Shown piece by piece: positions 40,235-50,423 of a DNA stretch of 60,459 bases (its first letter is position 1; the number at the start of each line of letters is the position of its first letter). The notes below the pieces were generated by a model. It worked only from the letters and a program-made list of their open reading frames with translations, did not search any database and was not told the origin of the DNA. Location: contig JBJMIO010000053.1 of the NCBI GenBank assembly GCA_045806765.1, positions 1-60,459 of the forward strand. Direction: 5' to 3'. The stretch is from Marmoricola sp. GTDB lineage: Bacteria; Actinomycetota; Actinomycetes; Propionibacteriales; Nocardioidaceae. The translations under genes and the position numbers were made by a program.

Positions 40235-42418
40235 ATGCACCGACAGATCGCCGGCAAGCTGACCGGACCCGTGACCAAGTGGATCGTCGCCGCACTCGTC
40301 ATCGTGGCGACCGTCGGCCTCTCCGCGCTCGGCGCCAAGCTCAGCGACGTCAAGAACAACGAGGCGTCCTCGTGGCTGCCCGGTTCTGCCGAGGCGACCA
40401 AGGTGACCAACGCGCTGTCCAAGGACGTCGACCCCAACGACATCCCGACGCTGATCGTCTACCACCGGGCCTCGGGCCTGACGGCCGCGGACCTCCAGGC
40501 GATCGACGCGCAGGCCAAGCAGATCGAGGACCCGAAGAAGGTCCAGGGCCTCACCCGCACCGCCGGGTACGCCGTGCTCACCCCGCTGCGCGCCGACCAG
40601 CTCCGCACCGCCATGACCGCAGGCAAGGTCGCGAAGACCTACATCCCACCGCTGATCTCGCCCGACAAGCAGGTCGCCTACTCCTACCTGACCTTCAACT
40701 TCGGCAAGGACGGCTGGAACAAGATCCCGAAGCAGGCCGACAAGGTCCGCGACATCGCCAAGATCCCCGGCGTCGACGTCTACCTCGGAGGGTACGGCGG
40801 ACAGGCCTCCGACTTCGCCTCCTCCTTCCAGGGCTCGCACACCAGCCTGATCCTGATCACCTTCCTGGTGGTCATCGCGATCCTGCTCTTCACCTACCGC
40901 AGCCCGATCCTCTGGCTGCTTCCGATCATCAGCTCGGCGGTCGCCTTCCAGGCCGCCGGCGGCGTGGTCTACCTGCTGGCCAAGTACGCGAACCTGACCG
41001 TCAACGACCAGTCGCAGTACATCCTCGGCATCCTGGTCATCGGTGCCGGCACCGACTACGCGCTGCTGCTGACCGCGCGCTACCGCGAGGAGCTGCGCAC
41101 CCACGAGAACCGCCACGAGGCGATGGCGTTCGCGCTGCACCGCGCGGCGCCGGCGCTGATCGCCAGCGCGGCGACCGTGGTGATCGGCCTGCTCTGCCTG
41201 AGCCTGGCCGACCTCAACTCCACCGCCGGCCTCGGCCCGGTGCTCGCCGTCGGCGTGGGCGTCACCCTCGTGGTGATGCTGACCCTGCTGCCGGCCCTCC
41301 TGGTGATCTTCGGCCGCTGGATGTTCTGGCCCAAGCGCCCGACCTTCGGGTCGGCCGAGCCGACCAGCACCGGCATCTGGGCCCGGGTCGGGCGGCGCAT
41401 CACGATCCGCCCGCGCGCGGTGTGGGGCATCACGGCCGCGATCCTGCTGGTCGCCAGCCTCGGCCTGTTCAAGCTGAACGCGACCGGCCTGTCGACCGAG
41501 GACTCCTTCACCAAGAAGTTCGACTCGGTCACCGCCCAGAAGCTGCTCTTCGCCCACGACCTCGGCGACAAGTCGAACACCGTGCAGGTGGTCGCGAACA
41601 CCGCCACCATCCCTGCCGTCAAGGACGCCCTGAGCGCCGAGAAGGCGATCACCGGGGTCCAGGACGCCACCGTGAAGTCCCTCGGCGGCGGCCGGTCCTG
41701 GTTCGAGGCGAGCATCAACGAGGACGTCTCCTCACCGGCCGCGTTCGACATCGTGCGTACGGCGCGCTCCGAGGCGCACGGCGTGGACGGCGCGGACGCG
41801 CTCGTCGGTGGCGGTGCGGCGCTCTACCTCGACACCAAGATCGCCTCGGACCGCGACAACAAGGTGATCATCCCGGTGGTGCTCGTCGTGGTCTTCGTGA
41901 TCCTGGTGCTGCTGCTGCGTGCACTGCTCGCGCCGTTGCTGCTGATGGGCACCGTCGTGCTCTCCTTCGGGGCAGCGCTGGGCATCTCGGCGCTGATCTT
42001 CCGCTACGTCTTCGACTTCGCCGGCGCTGATCCCGGGTTCCCGCTCTTCGCCTTCGTCTTCCTGGTCGCCCTGGGCATCGACTACAACATCTTCTTGATG
42101 ACCCGGGTGCGCGAGGAGACCCAGGTGCACGGCACCCGGAGAGGCTCGCTGATCGCGCTGTCCTCGACCGGCGGCGTGATCACCTCGGCCGGCCTGGTGC
42201 TGGCCGCGACGTTCGCGGTGCTGGGCACCCTGCCGTTCGTGTTCCTCGCCGAGCTCGGCACCGCGGTGGCGCTCGGTGTCCTGCTCGACACGATGATCGT
42301 GCGCTCGGTGCTCGTCACCGCGCTCAACCTCGACCTCGGCGGCAAGATCTGGTGGCCGAGCAAGCTCGACACCACCTCGGCACCGCTCACCGCAGGATCA
42401 GCGGTCGAGACCGCCTAA
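40235..42418 (+). CDS. MMPL-family RND transporter
   Basis: GAGTDYALLL.ARYREEL and ALGIDYNIFL.TR.REE in two repeated halves. Confidence 0.93.
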   Translation: MHRQIAGKLTGPVTKWIVAALVIVATVGLSALGAKLSDVKNNEASSWLPGSAEATKVTNALSKDVDPNDIPTLIVYHRASGLTAADLQAIDAQAKQIEDPKKVQGLTRTAGYAVLTPLRADQLRTAMTAGKVAKTYIPPLISPDKQVAYSYLTFNFGKDGWNKIPKQADKVRDIAKIPGVDVYLGGYGGQASDFASSFQGSHTSLILITFLVVIAILLFTYRSPILWLLPIISSAVAFQAAGGVVYLLAKYANLTVNDQSQYILGILVIGAGTDYALLLTARYREELRTHENRHEAMAFALHRAAPALIASAATVVIGLLCLSLADLNSTAGLGPVLAVGVGVTLVVMLTLLPALLVIFGRWMFWPKRPTFGSAEPTSTGIWARVGRRITIRPRAVWGITAAILLVASLGLFKLNATGLSTEDSFTKKFDSVTAQKLLFAHDLGDKSNTVQVVANTATIPAVKDALSAEKAITGVQDATVKSLGGGRSWFEASINEDVSSPAAFDIVRTARSEAHGVDGADALVGGGAALYLDTKIASDRDNKVIIPVVLVVVFVILVLLLRALLAPLLLMGTVVLSFGAALGISALIFRYVFDFAGADPGFPLFAFVFLVALGIDYNIFLMTRVREETQVHGTRRGSLIALSSTGGVITSAGLVLAATFAVLGTLPFVFLAELGTAVALGVLLDTMIVRSVLVTALNLDLGGKIWWPSKLDTTSAPLTAGSAVETA

Positions 42419-42467
42419 GACCCAAAATCATTCGACGCCCGCCCGGGTAGTTCCTACCGTAGGGACG

Positions 42468-44204
42468 GTGCGCAGACTCCCCCTCGACCACCCCGGCCAG
42501 GCGGACGCGCGCAGCCCGGGGCACTTCCTGCGCTGGGTGCTGAAGGGCCAGTGGCACACGGTCGCGGCCGGGATGTTCTTCGGCATCGTGTGGATGTGCT
42601 GCTCGGCAGTCGTTCCCGCGATCATCGGTCGTGCGATCGACCGCGGCGTGACCGGCCGCGACCTCGGCGAGCTCTGGACGTGGGCGGCGATCCTGTTCGG
42701 CGTCGGCGTGGTGCAGTCGACCGCGGGGATCATGCGGCACCGCTTCGCGGTGACCAACTGGCTCACCGCCGCCTACCGCGTGGTCCAGCTGGTGGCCCGC
42801 CAGGCCACCCACCTCGGCGCGACGCTGTCCAAGCGGGTGGCCACCGGTGAGGTCGTCGCGATCGGCACCAACGACCTCTCCCACATCGGCAACGCGATGG
42901 ACGTGCTCGCCCGGGCCGCCGGCGCGCTGATCTCCTTCGTCTTCGTCGCGGTGATCCTGCTGCAGACCTCGGTCACCCTCGGACTCGTGGTGCTCATCGG
43001 CGTACCGCTGCTGCTGCTCCTGCTCGGCCCCCTGCTCAGCCCGCTGCAGAAGCGCAACCTCGAGCAGCGCGAGATGATGGGCCACCTCTCCAACATCGCC
43101 ACCGACATCGTCAGCGGCCTGCGGGTCCTGCGCGGCATCGGCGGCGAGCGGGCGTTCAGCGAGCGCTACGCCAAGGAGTCCCAGAAGGTACGCCTGGCCG
43201 GCAACGAGGTGGCCCGCCTCCAGTCGGTCCTCGACGCCCTCCAGGTCTTCCTGCCCGGCGTCTTCGTCGTCGTGGTCGTGTGGCTCGGCGCCCGGTTCGC
43301 GGTGCAGGGCCGGATCAGCCCCGGTGAGCTGGTCGCCTTCTACGGGTACGCCGCCTTCCTGGTCCTCCCGCTGCGCACCGCCACCGAGGCCGCGAACAAG
43401 TGGATCCGCGCCTACGTCTCGGCCCGGCGCATCGTGCGCGTCCTGGCGCTGGAGCCGGAGATCGACGAACCGGAGACCGCGGCGCTCGCGCCCGCGCCGA
43501 ACAGCGAGCTCCTCGACCCGTCCAGCGGTCTGCGGGTGCAGCCGGGTCGCCTGACCGCTCTGGTCTCCGAGCCGCCCGCGGACGCGGCCGCCCTGGTCGA
43601 CCGGCTCGGCCACTTCGTGGACAACGACGTGCGCTGGGGCGGCGTACCGCTCGCCTCGCTGCCGCGCGAGCTGGTGCGCCGGCGCATCGTGGTCTCCGAC
43701 ACCGGCGCGATCCTGTTCTCCGGCACCCTGTCCGAGCAGGTCGTCGGCGCGCACCCGGGCGCGGTCGCGGACGCACTGGACGCGGCCGCCGCGCAGGACG
43801 TGCTCGAGGCCCTGCCCTCCGGCCTGGACAGCGAGGTGACCGAGAAGGGCCGCTCGTTCTCAGGTGGTCAGCGCCAGCGCCTGGTGCTCGCGCGCGCTCT
43901 GGCCCGCGACCCGGAGGTGCTGCTGCTGGTCGAGCCGACCTCCGCGGTCGATGCCCACACCGAGGCGCGGATCGCGGACCGGCTGGTGCGGCTGCGGGCC
44001 GGCCGCACGACGGTCGTCACCACGTCGAGCCCGTTGCTGCTCGCGCGCGCCGACGTGGTCGTCTTCCTCCTCGACGGCGTGGTCAGCGCGCAGGGCACGC
44101 ATTCGGAGCTGCTGGCCGGCTGCCCGGCGTACCGGGCGCTGGTGACGCGCGAGGAGATCGAGGACGCGCTGTCCCAGGGAGCGGCGGAGGTGGTGAGCCG
44201 GTGA
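42468..44204 (+). CDS. ABC exporter subunit (TMD plus degenerate NBD)
   Basis: TMD; FSGGQRQR signature; Walker A absent; Walker B reads LLLVEPT. Confidence 0.88.
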   Translation: MRRLPLDHPGQADARSPGHFLRWVLKGQWHTVAAGMFFGIVWMCCSAVVPAIIGRAIDRGVTGRDLGELWTWAAILFGVGVVQSTAGIMRHRFAVTNWLTAAYRVVQLVARQATHLGATLSKRVATGEVVAIGTNDLSHIGNAMDVLARAAGALISFVFVAVILLQTSVTLGLVVLIGVPLLLLLLGPLLSPLQKRNLEQREMMGHLSNIATDIVSGLRVLRGIGGERAFSERYAKESQKVRLAGNEVARLQSVLDALQVFLPGVFVVVVVWLGARFAVQGRISPGELVAFYGYAAFLVLPLRTATEAANKWIRAYVSARRIVRVLALEPEIDEPETAALAPAPNSELLDPSSGLRVQPGRLTALVSEPPADAAALVDRLGHFVDNDVRWGGVPLASLPRELVRRRIVVSDTGAILFSGTLSEQVVGAHPGAVADALDAAAAQDVLEALPSGLDSEVTEKGRSFSGGQRQRLVLARALARDPEVLLLVEPTSAVDAHTEARIADRLVRLRAGRTTVVTTSSPLLLARADVVVFLLDGVVSAQGTHSELLAGCPAYRALVTREEIEDALSQGAAEVVSR

Positions 44205-45940
44205 ACGAGGCACTTCCCGTCGCCGACCAGGCCGCCGTGCGCGGCTACCTGCGCCAGCTCTTCCGCCGCCACCCGGCGGCGATCTCGTTCGCGCTCTCGC
44301 TGCACGTCCTCGCCGCGGTCGCCGGCCTGGCCGCGCCGCGGCTGCTCGGCTCGCTGGTCCAGGCCGTGCACGACGGCACGACGGTCGACCACGTCGACCA
44401 CGTCGCGATCGCCCTGGCCGGCTTCCTGCTGGCCCAGACGCTGCTGACCCGGTGGGCCCGCCTGCGCTCGCAGGTCTTCGGCGAGCAGGTGCTCGCCGAG
44501 CTGCGCGAGGACTTCGTCGAGGACACCCTGGACCTGCCGATCGGCGTGGTCGAGAGCGCCGGCAGCGGGGACCTGCTGACCCGGACCTCGCGCGACGTCG
44601 AGCAGCTCGGCTGGTCGGTGCGCTGGGCGATCCCGGAGTGGGTGATCGCGGTGGTCACCGCGGTCGTGACCCTCCTCGGCGCCCTGCTGGTCGGCTGGTG
44701 GGTGCTGCTGCCCTGCCTGCTCGGCGTGCCGCCGCTGGTGATCGCACTGCGCTGGTACCTGGCCCGCGCCAAGGACGGCTACCTGCGCGAGGGCGAGACC
44801 TACTCGGTCATCAACTCCTCCCTGACCGAGACCGTGGAGGGCGCCCGCACCGTCGAGGCGCTCGGCCTCCAGCAGGCCCGGATCGAGCGCATCGACGCCG
44901 ACATCGCCGACTCCTGGGCCGCCGAGCGCTACACCCTGGGCCTGCGCACGGTCTTCTTCCCCAGCGTCGAGACCGCCTACCTGATCCCGACGGTGGCCAC
45001 GCTCCTCCTCGGCGGCTGGCTCTACCTGCACGGGCACGCGAGCCTCGGCGATGTGACCGCCGCGACGCTGTACGTGCAAGCGCTCATCGACCCGGTCGAC
45101 CGGGTGATCTCGATCCTCGACGAGCTCCAGGTCGGCGGCGCCTCGCTCGCCCGGCTGCTCGGCGTCGCGCAGGTGCCCGAGGACCGGGTCGCCTCGGGGC
45201 GGGTGCCGGCGGACGAGAAGATCGAGGCCGCCGACGTCCGGTTCTCCTACGTCGAGGGGCGCGACGTGCTGCACGGCGTCGATCTCTCGGTCGGGATCGG
45301 CGAGCGGATCGCGGTGGTCGGGCCCTCGGGCGCCGGCAAGTCGACGCTCGGGCGGCTGCTGGCCGGCATCCACCCGCCGCGCACCGGCTCGGTGACCGTC
45401 GGCGACGTGGGCCTGGTCGAGCTGCCGCTCGGGGACCTGCGCGGTCACGTCGCGCTGGTCACCCAGGAGCACCACGTCTTCGTCGGCAGCATCCGCGAGA
45501 ACCTCGCGCTGGCCGTCGACGACCCAGCCACCGACGAGGCCCTGCTCGCCGCCCTCGACTCGGTCGACGCCGGCGACTGGGTGCGCGCCCTGCCGCAGGG
45601 GCTCGACGCCGTGGTCGGCTCCGGCGGCACCGAGCTGTCCCCCGCCCAGGCCCAGCAGGTCGCCCTGGCCCGGCTCGTGCTGGCCGACCCGCACACCCTG
45701 GTCCTCGACGAGGCCACCTCGCTGATCGACCCGCGGGCAGCACGCCACCTCGAGCGCTCCCTGGCAGCGGTGCTCGAGGGCCGCACAGTCATCGCGATCG
45801 CGCACCGGCTCTTCTCCGCCCACGACGCCGACCGGGTGGCCGTGGTCGAGGACGGCCGCATCACCGAGCTCGGTTCGCACCACGAGCTGGTCGGGTCCGG
45901 TGGCTCCTACGCCGACCTCTGGGCCTCCTGGCACCAGTAG
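44201..45940 (+). CDS. ABC exporter subunit (TMD plus NBD)
   Basis: GTGA overlap; GPSGAGKST, LVLDEAT, IAHR; signature degenerate (LSPAQ). Confidence 0.92.
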   Translation: MNEALPVADQAAVRGYLRQLFRRHPAAISFALSLHVLAAVAGLAAPRLLGSLVQAVHDGTTVDHVDHVAIALAGFLLAQTLLTRWARLRSQVFGEQVLAELREDFVEDTLDLPIGVVESAGSGDLLTRTSRDVEQLGWSVRWAIPEWVIAVVTAVVTLLGALLVGWWVLLPCLLGVPPLVIALRWYLARAKDGYLREGETYSVINSSLTETVEGARTVEALGLQQARIERIDADIADSWAAERYTLGLRTVFFPSVETAYLIPTVATLLLGGWLYLHGHASLGDVTAATLYVQALIDPVDRVISILDELQVGGASLARLLGVAQVPEDRVASGRVPADEKIEAADVRFSYVEGRDVLHGVDLSVGIGERIAVVGPSGAGKSTLGRLLAGIHPPRTGSVTVGDVGLVELPLGDLRGHVALVTQEHHVFVGSIRENLALAVDDPATDEALLAALDSVDAGDWVRALPQGLDAVVGSGGTELSPAQAQQVALARLVLADPHTLVLDEATSLIDPRAARHLERSLAAVLEGRTVIAIAHRLFSAHDADRVAVVEDGRITELGSHHELVGSGGSYADLWASWHQ

Positions 45941-46006
45941 CGACTCCTCCACAGAGCCCGCCCCGATGTCTTTACGCACCCGCCGACCCGGATTACCGTG
46001 CGGCAG

Positions 46007-46402
46007 ATGAGGCGCGCTCCCCACGAGAACGTCGCGACCGTGCTGGTCGCGCCGGCGGTGCTGCCCGACCTCGAGCTCGAGGCGATGGGCAACGACCTGC
46101 GCGTCTGGCCGGTGCGGACGGCGCCGATCGCCGCCGACGGGCCGCGGCAGGCTTTCCAGCTGCGCCGCCGGATGATCGAGTCCCACCACGGCGCCTGGGA
46201 CCTGGCCGCGGAGTGGACACCGGTGTGGATCAGCTTCGGCTCCTCCTGGTACGTCGGCGAGGAGCCGCTGCCCTGGTCGGCCCACGAGACGTTGTGGCGG
46301 ATGCTGGGCTCGTACGCCGACCACGTCCGGTACGCCAAGCGCCTGGGCGGCGTACCGAAACTGCTCCCGCCCACCGACCTGGCCAACGCGACCGGGTCCT
46401 AG
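46007..46402 (+). CDS. Hypothetical protein
   Basis: GC3-rich frame; -10 TACCGT 7 nt before ATG 46007. Confidence 0.65.
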   Translation: MRRAPHENVATVLVAPAVLPDLELEAMGNDLRVWPVRTAPIAADGPRQAFQLRRRMIESHHGAWDLAAEWTPVWISFGSSWYVGEEPLPWSAHETLWRMLGSYADHVRYAKRLGGVPKLLPPTDLANATGS

Positions 46403-46432
46403 ATCACACCAGGGACCCTGGCGCGCCAACCG

Positions 46433-46449
46433 TGACAGCATTACTGTCA
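46433..46449. promoter_or_regulatory. Perfect TGACAG-N5-CTGTCA operator over the LLM -10
   Basis: TGACAG-CATTA-CTGTCA overlaps TACTGT, which is 7 nt before ATG 46455. Confidence 0.65.
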
Positions 46450-46454
46450 TCGTC

Positions 46455-47495
46455 ATGAAGATCTCCACGATGCTCATGTACGACGGCAACCCGCGCAACG
46501 CGGCCGACCAGATCACCGCCTGGGAGAAGGCCGGCCTGGACACGGTCTGGGTCGCCGAGGCCTATGGCTTCGACTCCCCGACGCTGATGGGCTACCTGGC
46601 CGCCAGGACCGAGACGGTCGAGATCGGCTCGGCGATCATGAACATCTACTCGCGCACGCCCGGGGCCCTCCTGCAGACCGCGGCCGGCCTGGACAACGTC
46701 TCCGGCGGCCGCGCGATCCTCGGTCTCGGGGCGTCCGGCCCGCAGGTCATCGAGGGCTTCCACGGCGTGCCCTACTCCAAGCCGATCGCGCGGACCCGCG
46801 AGATCGTGGAGATCATCCGCGCTGGCATGAAGCGCGAGCCGCTCAGCGCCGACGGCGAGTTCAAGCTGCCGCTGACCAAGGAGCAGGGCGCGGTCACCGG
46901 CATGGGCAAGGCGCTGAAGCTGCTGACCAAGCCCGAGCGCGACTCCGTTCCGATCTACATCGCAGCGCTCGGCCCGAAGAACGTCGAGCTCGCCGCTGAG
47001 ATCGCCGACGGTCTGCTGCCGCACCTGTACTACCCGGAGAAGATCGGCCAGGTCATGGGCGAGCCGATCGCCGCAGGCACCGCGAAGCGCTCGGCCGACC
47101 TGGGACCGCTGAACGTCGTCGCCGGCGGCATGCTCGCGATCGGCGAGGGACCCGAGACCAAGGCGCTGCTCGACTTCGCGCGCCCGATCTTCGCCCTCTA
47201 CGTCGGCGGCATGGGCGCGAAGGGCAAGAACTTCTACAACGACCTCGCCTGCGCCTACGGGTACGAGAAGGAGGCGGCCGAGATCCAGGAGCTCTACCTC
47301 TCGGGCAAGAAGAAGGAGGCCGAGGCACTGGTCCCCACCGAGTGGCTCGAGGCCGCGAACTTCGTGGGCCCCGAGAGCTACGTCAAGGAGCGCGTCGCCG
47401 CGTTCGCCGAGTCCGGCGTCACCAGCCTCAACGTCACCCCGGTCGGCGAGGACCCGGCCGCCCTGATCGGCCAGCTCAAGGCGATCATCAGCTGA
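46455..47495 (+). CDS. LLM-class F420-dependent oxidoreductase
   Basis: VWVAEAYG.D, SGGRAILGLGASGPQVIEG.HG, PIYIAALGPKN..LAAEIADG; adjacent to fbiC. Confidence 0.9.
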   Translation: MKISTMLMYDGNPRNAADQITAWEKAGLDTVWVAEAYGFDSPTLMGYLAARTETVEIGSAIMNIYSRTPGALLQTAAGLDNVSGGRAILGLGASGPQVIEGFHGVPYSKPIARTREIVEIIRAGMKREPLSADGEFKLPLTKEQGAVTGMGKALKLLTKPERDSVPIYIAALGPKNVELAAEIADGLLPHLYYPEKIGQVMGEPIAAGTAKRSADLGPLNVVAGGMLAIGEGPETKALLDFARPIFALYVGGMGAKGKNFYNDLACAYGYEKEAAEIQELYLSGKKKEAEALVPTEWLEAANFVGPESYVKERVAAFAESGVTSLNVTPVGEDPAALIGQLKAIIS

Positions 47496-47498
47496 CCG

Positions 47499-47642
47499 CG
47501 ACCCGCCCGAGATGCCGCGCGAAACTCGCCGACCCGCCCGGGATGCCGCGCGCAAACCAGGCGAAGCGCCCGTACGGCCGATCTGCCCGGCGGCATTGCG
47601 GGCGGCTCGGCGGCGCCTGGCGCGGCATTGCGGGCGGCTCGG
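47499..47642. repeat. Composite REP-like array (2 direct plus 2 inverted units)
   Basis: CGACCCGCCCGRGATGCCGCGCG at 47499 and 47530; GCGGCATTGCGGGCGGCTCGG at 47590 and 47622, near reverse complements of the first pair. Confidence 0.75.
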
Positions 47643-47723
47643 GAATACTGTCGGCCGCCGTTCTCGTTGACCACTCTATGACTCTGCCCCCGCGCTCGCG
47701 ACCCGCTCGATAGCCTGTACGCG

Positions 47724-50285
47724 ATGACCGCCGCCGCCACCCCCCAGCAGGTTCGCCGTGCCCTGGCGCGCGCCGAGCGCAGCGCCGCCCTCGACCACGA
47801 GGAGGCCGTCGCGCTGCTCACTGCTCGCGGCGAGGACCTCGAGCGCCTGACCGCGGTGGCGGCCCGCGTCCGCGACGCCGGGCTGGAGGGGGCAGGTCGC
47901 CCCGGGGTGATCACCTACTCCCCCAAGGTCTTCATCCCGATCACCAAGCTGTGCCGCGACAAGTGCCACTACTGCACCTTCGTGGAGACCCCGGGCACCT
48001 TGCGCCGGGCCGGGCACGCGATGTTCCTCTCCCCCGACGACATCCTGGCGATCGCGCGCGACGGCGCGGCGATGGGGTGCACCGAGGCGCTGTTCACCCT
48101 CGGCGACCGCCCGGAGGACCGCTGGCCCGAGGCACGGGAGTGGCTCGACGAGCAGGGCTACGACTCGACGCTGGCCTACTGCCGCGCGATGGCGATCCGG
48201 GTGCTCGAGGAGACCGGGCTGCTGCCGCACCTGAACCCGGGCGTGATGTCGTGGGAGGAGATGAACCGGCTCAAGCCGGTCTCGCCCTCGATGGGGATGA
48301 TGCTCGAGACGACCTCGCGGCGGCTCTTCGAGACCCGGGGCGAGGCGCACTTCGGCTCACCGGACAAGGATCCCGAGATCCGGCTGCGGGTTCTCGAGGA
48401 CGCCGGCCGGCTCTCGGTCCCGTTCACCACCGGCCTGCTGATCGGGATCGGCGAGGACCTCGACGAGCGTGCCGAGTCGATCTTCGCGCTGCGTCGCGTC
48501 GCGCGTCAGTACGGCAACGTGCAGGAAGTCATCATCCAGAACTTCCGCGCCAAGCCGGACACGGCGATGCGTCACGCTGACGACCTCGGCCTGGAGGAGT
48601 ACGTCGCCGCCATCGCGGTGACCCGGATCCTGCTCGGCCCGAAGGTCCGCGTGCAGGCTCCGCCGAACCTGGTCGACCTGGGCGAGTGCCGAGCCCTGAT
48701 CGGCGCCGGCATCGACGACTGGGGTGGGGTCTCCCCGCTCACCCCCGACCACGTGAACCCCGAGCGTCCCTGGCCCTCGCTCGAGCGGCTGCGCGAGATC
48801 ACCGCGGCTGCCGGCTTCACGCTGCGCGCCCGGCTGACCGCGCACCCCGAGTTCGTGCGTGCCGGCGAGCCCTGGATCGACCCGCGGGTCTCTGGCCACG
48901 TCGCCGCCCTTGCCGGCCCGGACGGGCTCGTGTCCGTCGAGATCACCGATGGCACCCGACGCCCGGTCGGACTGCCGTGGCAGGAGCCCGACGGCGGATT
49001 CGCCTCCGTCGGTGGCACCGGTCGCACCGACCTGCACGAGGCCGTGGACACCGAGGGCCGCAGCGCCGACCGGCGCAGCGACTTCGCCAACGTCTACGGC
49101 GACTGGGAGGCCGTCGCCGAGCTGGCCGCCTCGACCGGCCGGCCGGGGCGACGCAGCGCGACGCCGGCGAGCGCGGACGGTCTGGCCGCCCTGCGCGCCG
49201 CCGAGACGGACCCGGGCAACCTGTCGGACGAGCACGCGCTGACGTTGATGACCGCCGAGGGCGACCTGCTCGCCGAGGTCGTCAAGCTGGCCGACGCGCT
49301 GCGCCGCGATGTGGTCGGCGACGAGGTCACCTACGTGGTGAACCGGAACATCAACTTCACCAACGTCTGCTACGTCGGCTGCCGGTTCTGCGCGTTCGCG
49401 CAGCGGCGTACCGATGACGACGCGTACTCGCTCTCCCTCGACCAGGTCGCCGACCGTGCCGAGGAGGCGTGGAACCTCGGCGCGACCGAGGTCTGCATGC
49501 AGGGCGGCATCGACCCCGAGCTGCCCGGCACGGCGTACTTCGACATCGCCGCGGCAGTCAAGAAGCGCGTCCCGGGCATGCACGTGCACGCCTTCTCCCC
49601 GATGGAGATCGTCAACGGCTCCTCGCGCACGGGACTCTCCTTCGAGGACTTCCTGATCAAGGCCCGCGAGTCCGGCCTCGACACCATCCCCGGCACGGCG
49701 GCCGAGATCCTCGACGACGAGGTCCGCTGGGTCCTGACCAAGGGCAAGCTGCCGACGAGCACCTGGATCGAGATCGTCTCCACCGCCCACAAGGTGGGCA
49801 TCCGGTCGAGCTCGACGATGATGTACGGCCACGTCGACAACCCGCGGCACTGGGTCGCGCACCTCAAGGTGCTCAGCGGGATGCAGCAGGCCAACATCGA
49901 GCAGGGCATCCCGGGGTTCACCGAGTTCGTGCCGCTGCCCTTCGTGCACCACTCCGCCCCGATCTACCTCGCCGGAGTCGCCCGCCCCCGCCCCACCCTG
50001 CGCGACAACCTCGCCGTGCACGCGATGGCCCGGATCCTGCTGCACGGCCGGATCGACAACATCCAGACCTCCTGGGTCAAGCTCGGCACCGAGGGCACCC
50101 AGGCGATGCTCAACGCCGGCGCCAACGACCTCGGCGGCACCCTGATGGAGGAGACGATCTCCCGGATGGCCGGCTCCGAGCACGGGTCCGCGAAGACCGT
50201 CGCCGAGCTCCTCGACATCGGCGCCGGCATCGGCCGCCCGGTCGTCGAGCGCACCACGACGTACGGGGTCCCGGCGAAACGTTGA
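47724..50285 (+). CDS. fbiC: Bifunctional FO synthase (CofG-CofH fusion)
   Basis: Two radical SAM CxxxCxxC motifs ([16 protein letters not shown]); 853 aa. Confidence 0.96.
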   Translation: MTAAATPQQVRRALARAERSAALDHEEAVALLTARGEDLERLTAVAARVRDAGLEGAGRPGVITYSPKVFIPITKLCRDKCHYCTFVETPGTLRRAGHAMFLSPDDILAIARDGAAMGCTEALFTLGDRPEDRWPEAREWLDEQGYDSTLAYCRAMAIRVLEETGLLPHLNPGVMSWEEMNRLKPVSPSMGMMLETTSRRLFETRGEAHFGSPDKDPEIRLRVLEDAGRLSVPFTTGLLIGIGEDLDERAESIFALRRVARQYGNVQEVIIQNFRAKPDTAMRHADDLGLEEYVAAIAVTRILLGPKVRVQAPPNLVDLGECRALIGAGIDDWGGVSPLTPDHVNPERPWPSLERLREITAAAGFTLRARLTAHPEFVRAGEPWIDPRVSGHVAALAGPDGLVSVEITDGTRRPVGLPWQEPDGGFASVGGTGRTDLHEAVDTEGRSADRRSDFANVYGDWEAVAELAASTGRPGRRSATPASADGLAALRAAETDPGNLSDEHALTLMTAEGDLLAEVVKLADALRRDVVGDEVTYVVNRNINFTNVCYVGCRFCAFAQRRTDDDAYSLSLDQVADRAEEAWNLGATEVCMQGGIDPELPGTAYFDIAAAVKKRVPGMHVHAFSPMEIVNGSSRTGLSFEDFLIKARESGLDTIPGTAAEILDDEVRWVLTKGKLPTSTWIEIVSTAHKVGIRSSSTMMYGHVDNPRHWVAHLKVLSGMQQANIEQGIPGFTEFVPLPFVHHSAPIYLAGVARPRPTLRDNLAVHAMARILLHGRIDNIQTSWVKLGTEGTQAMLNAGANDLGGTLMEETISRMAGSEHGSAKTVAELLDIGAGIGRPVVERTTTYGVPAKR

Positions 50286-50418
50286 GCTCGGGGCTCTGGC
50301 CGGTTGAGTCAGGGCGTCTGGATCTCCGACGTACGCCGCTGGAGCCGAACGCACCGGAAACCCGCACCTCGACGGCCCAGGGCCCCGAATGGAACGGTCC
50401 AGAAGCCCGAGCTCAACG
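50280..50418. repeat. Long REP-like hairpin between convergent genes, possible terminator
   Basis: Outer arms CGTTGAGCTCGGG / CCCGAGCTCAACG with imperfect inner pairing. Confidence 0.65.
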
Positions 50419-50423
50419 GGTTC

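Noticed and set aside
47499-47642. Possible CRISPR array
   Set aside because: Only two direct and two inverted units with 8-11 bp gaps, no spacer-length unique sequences and no cas genes; fits REP.
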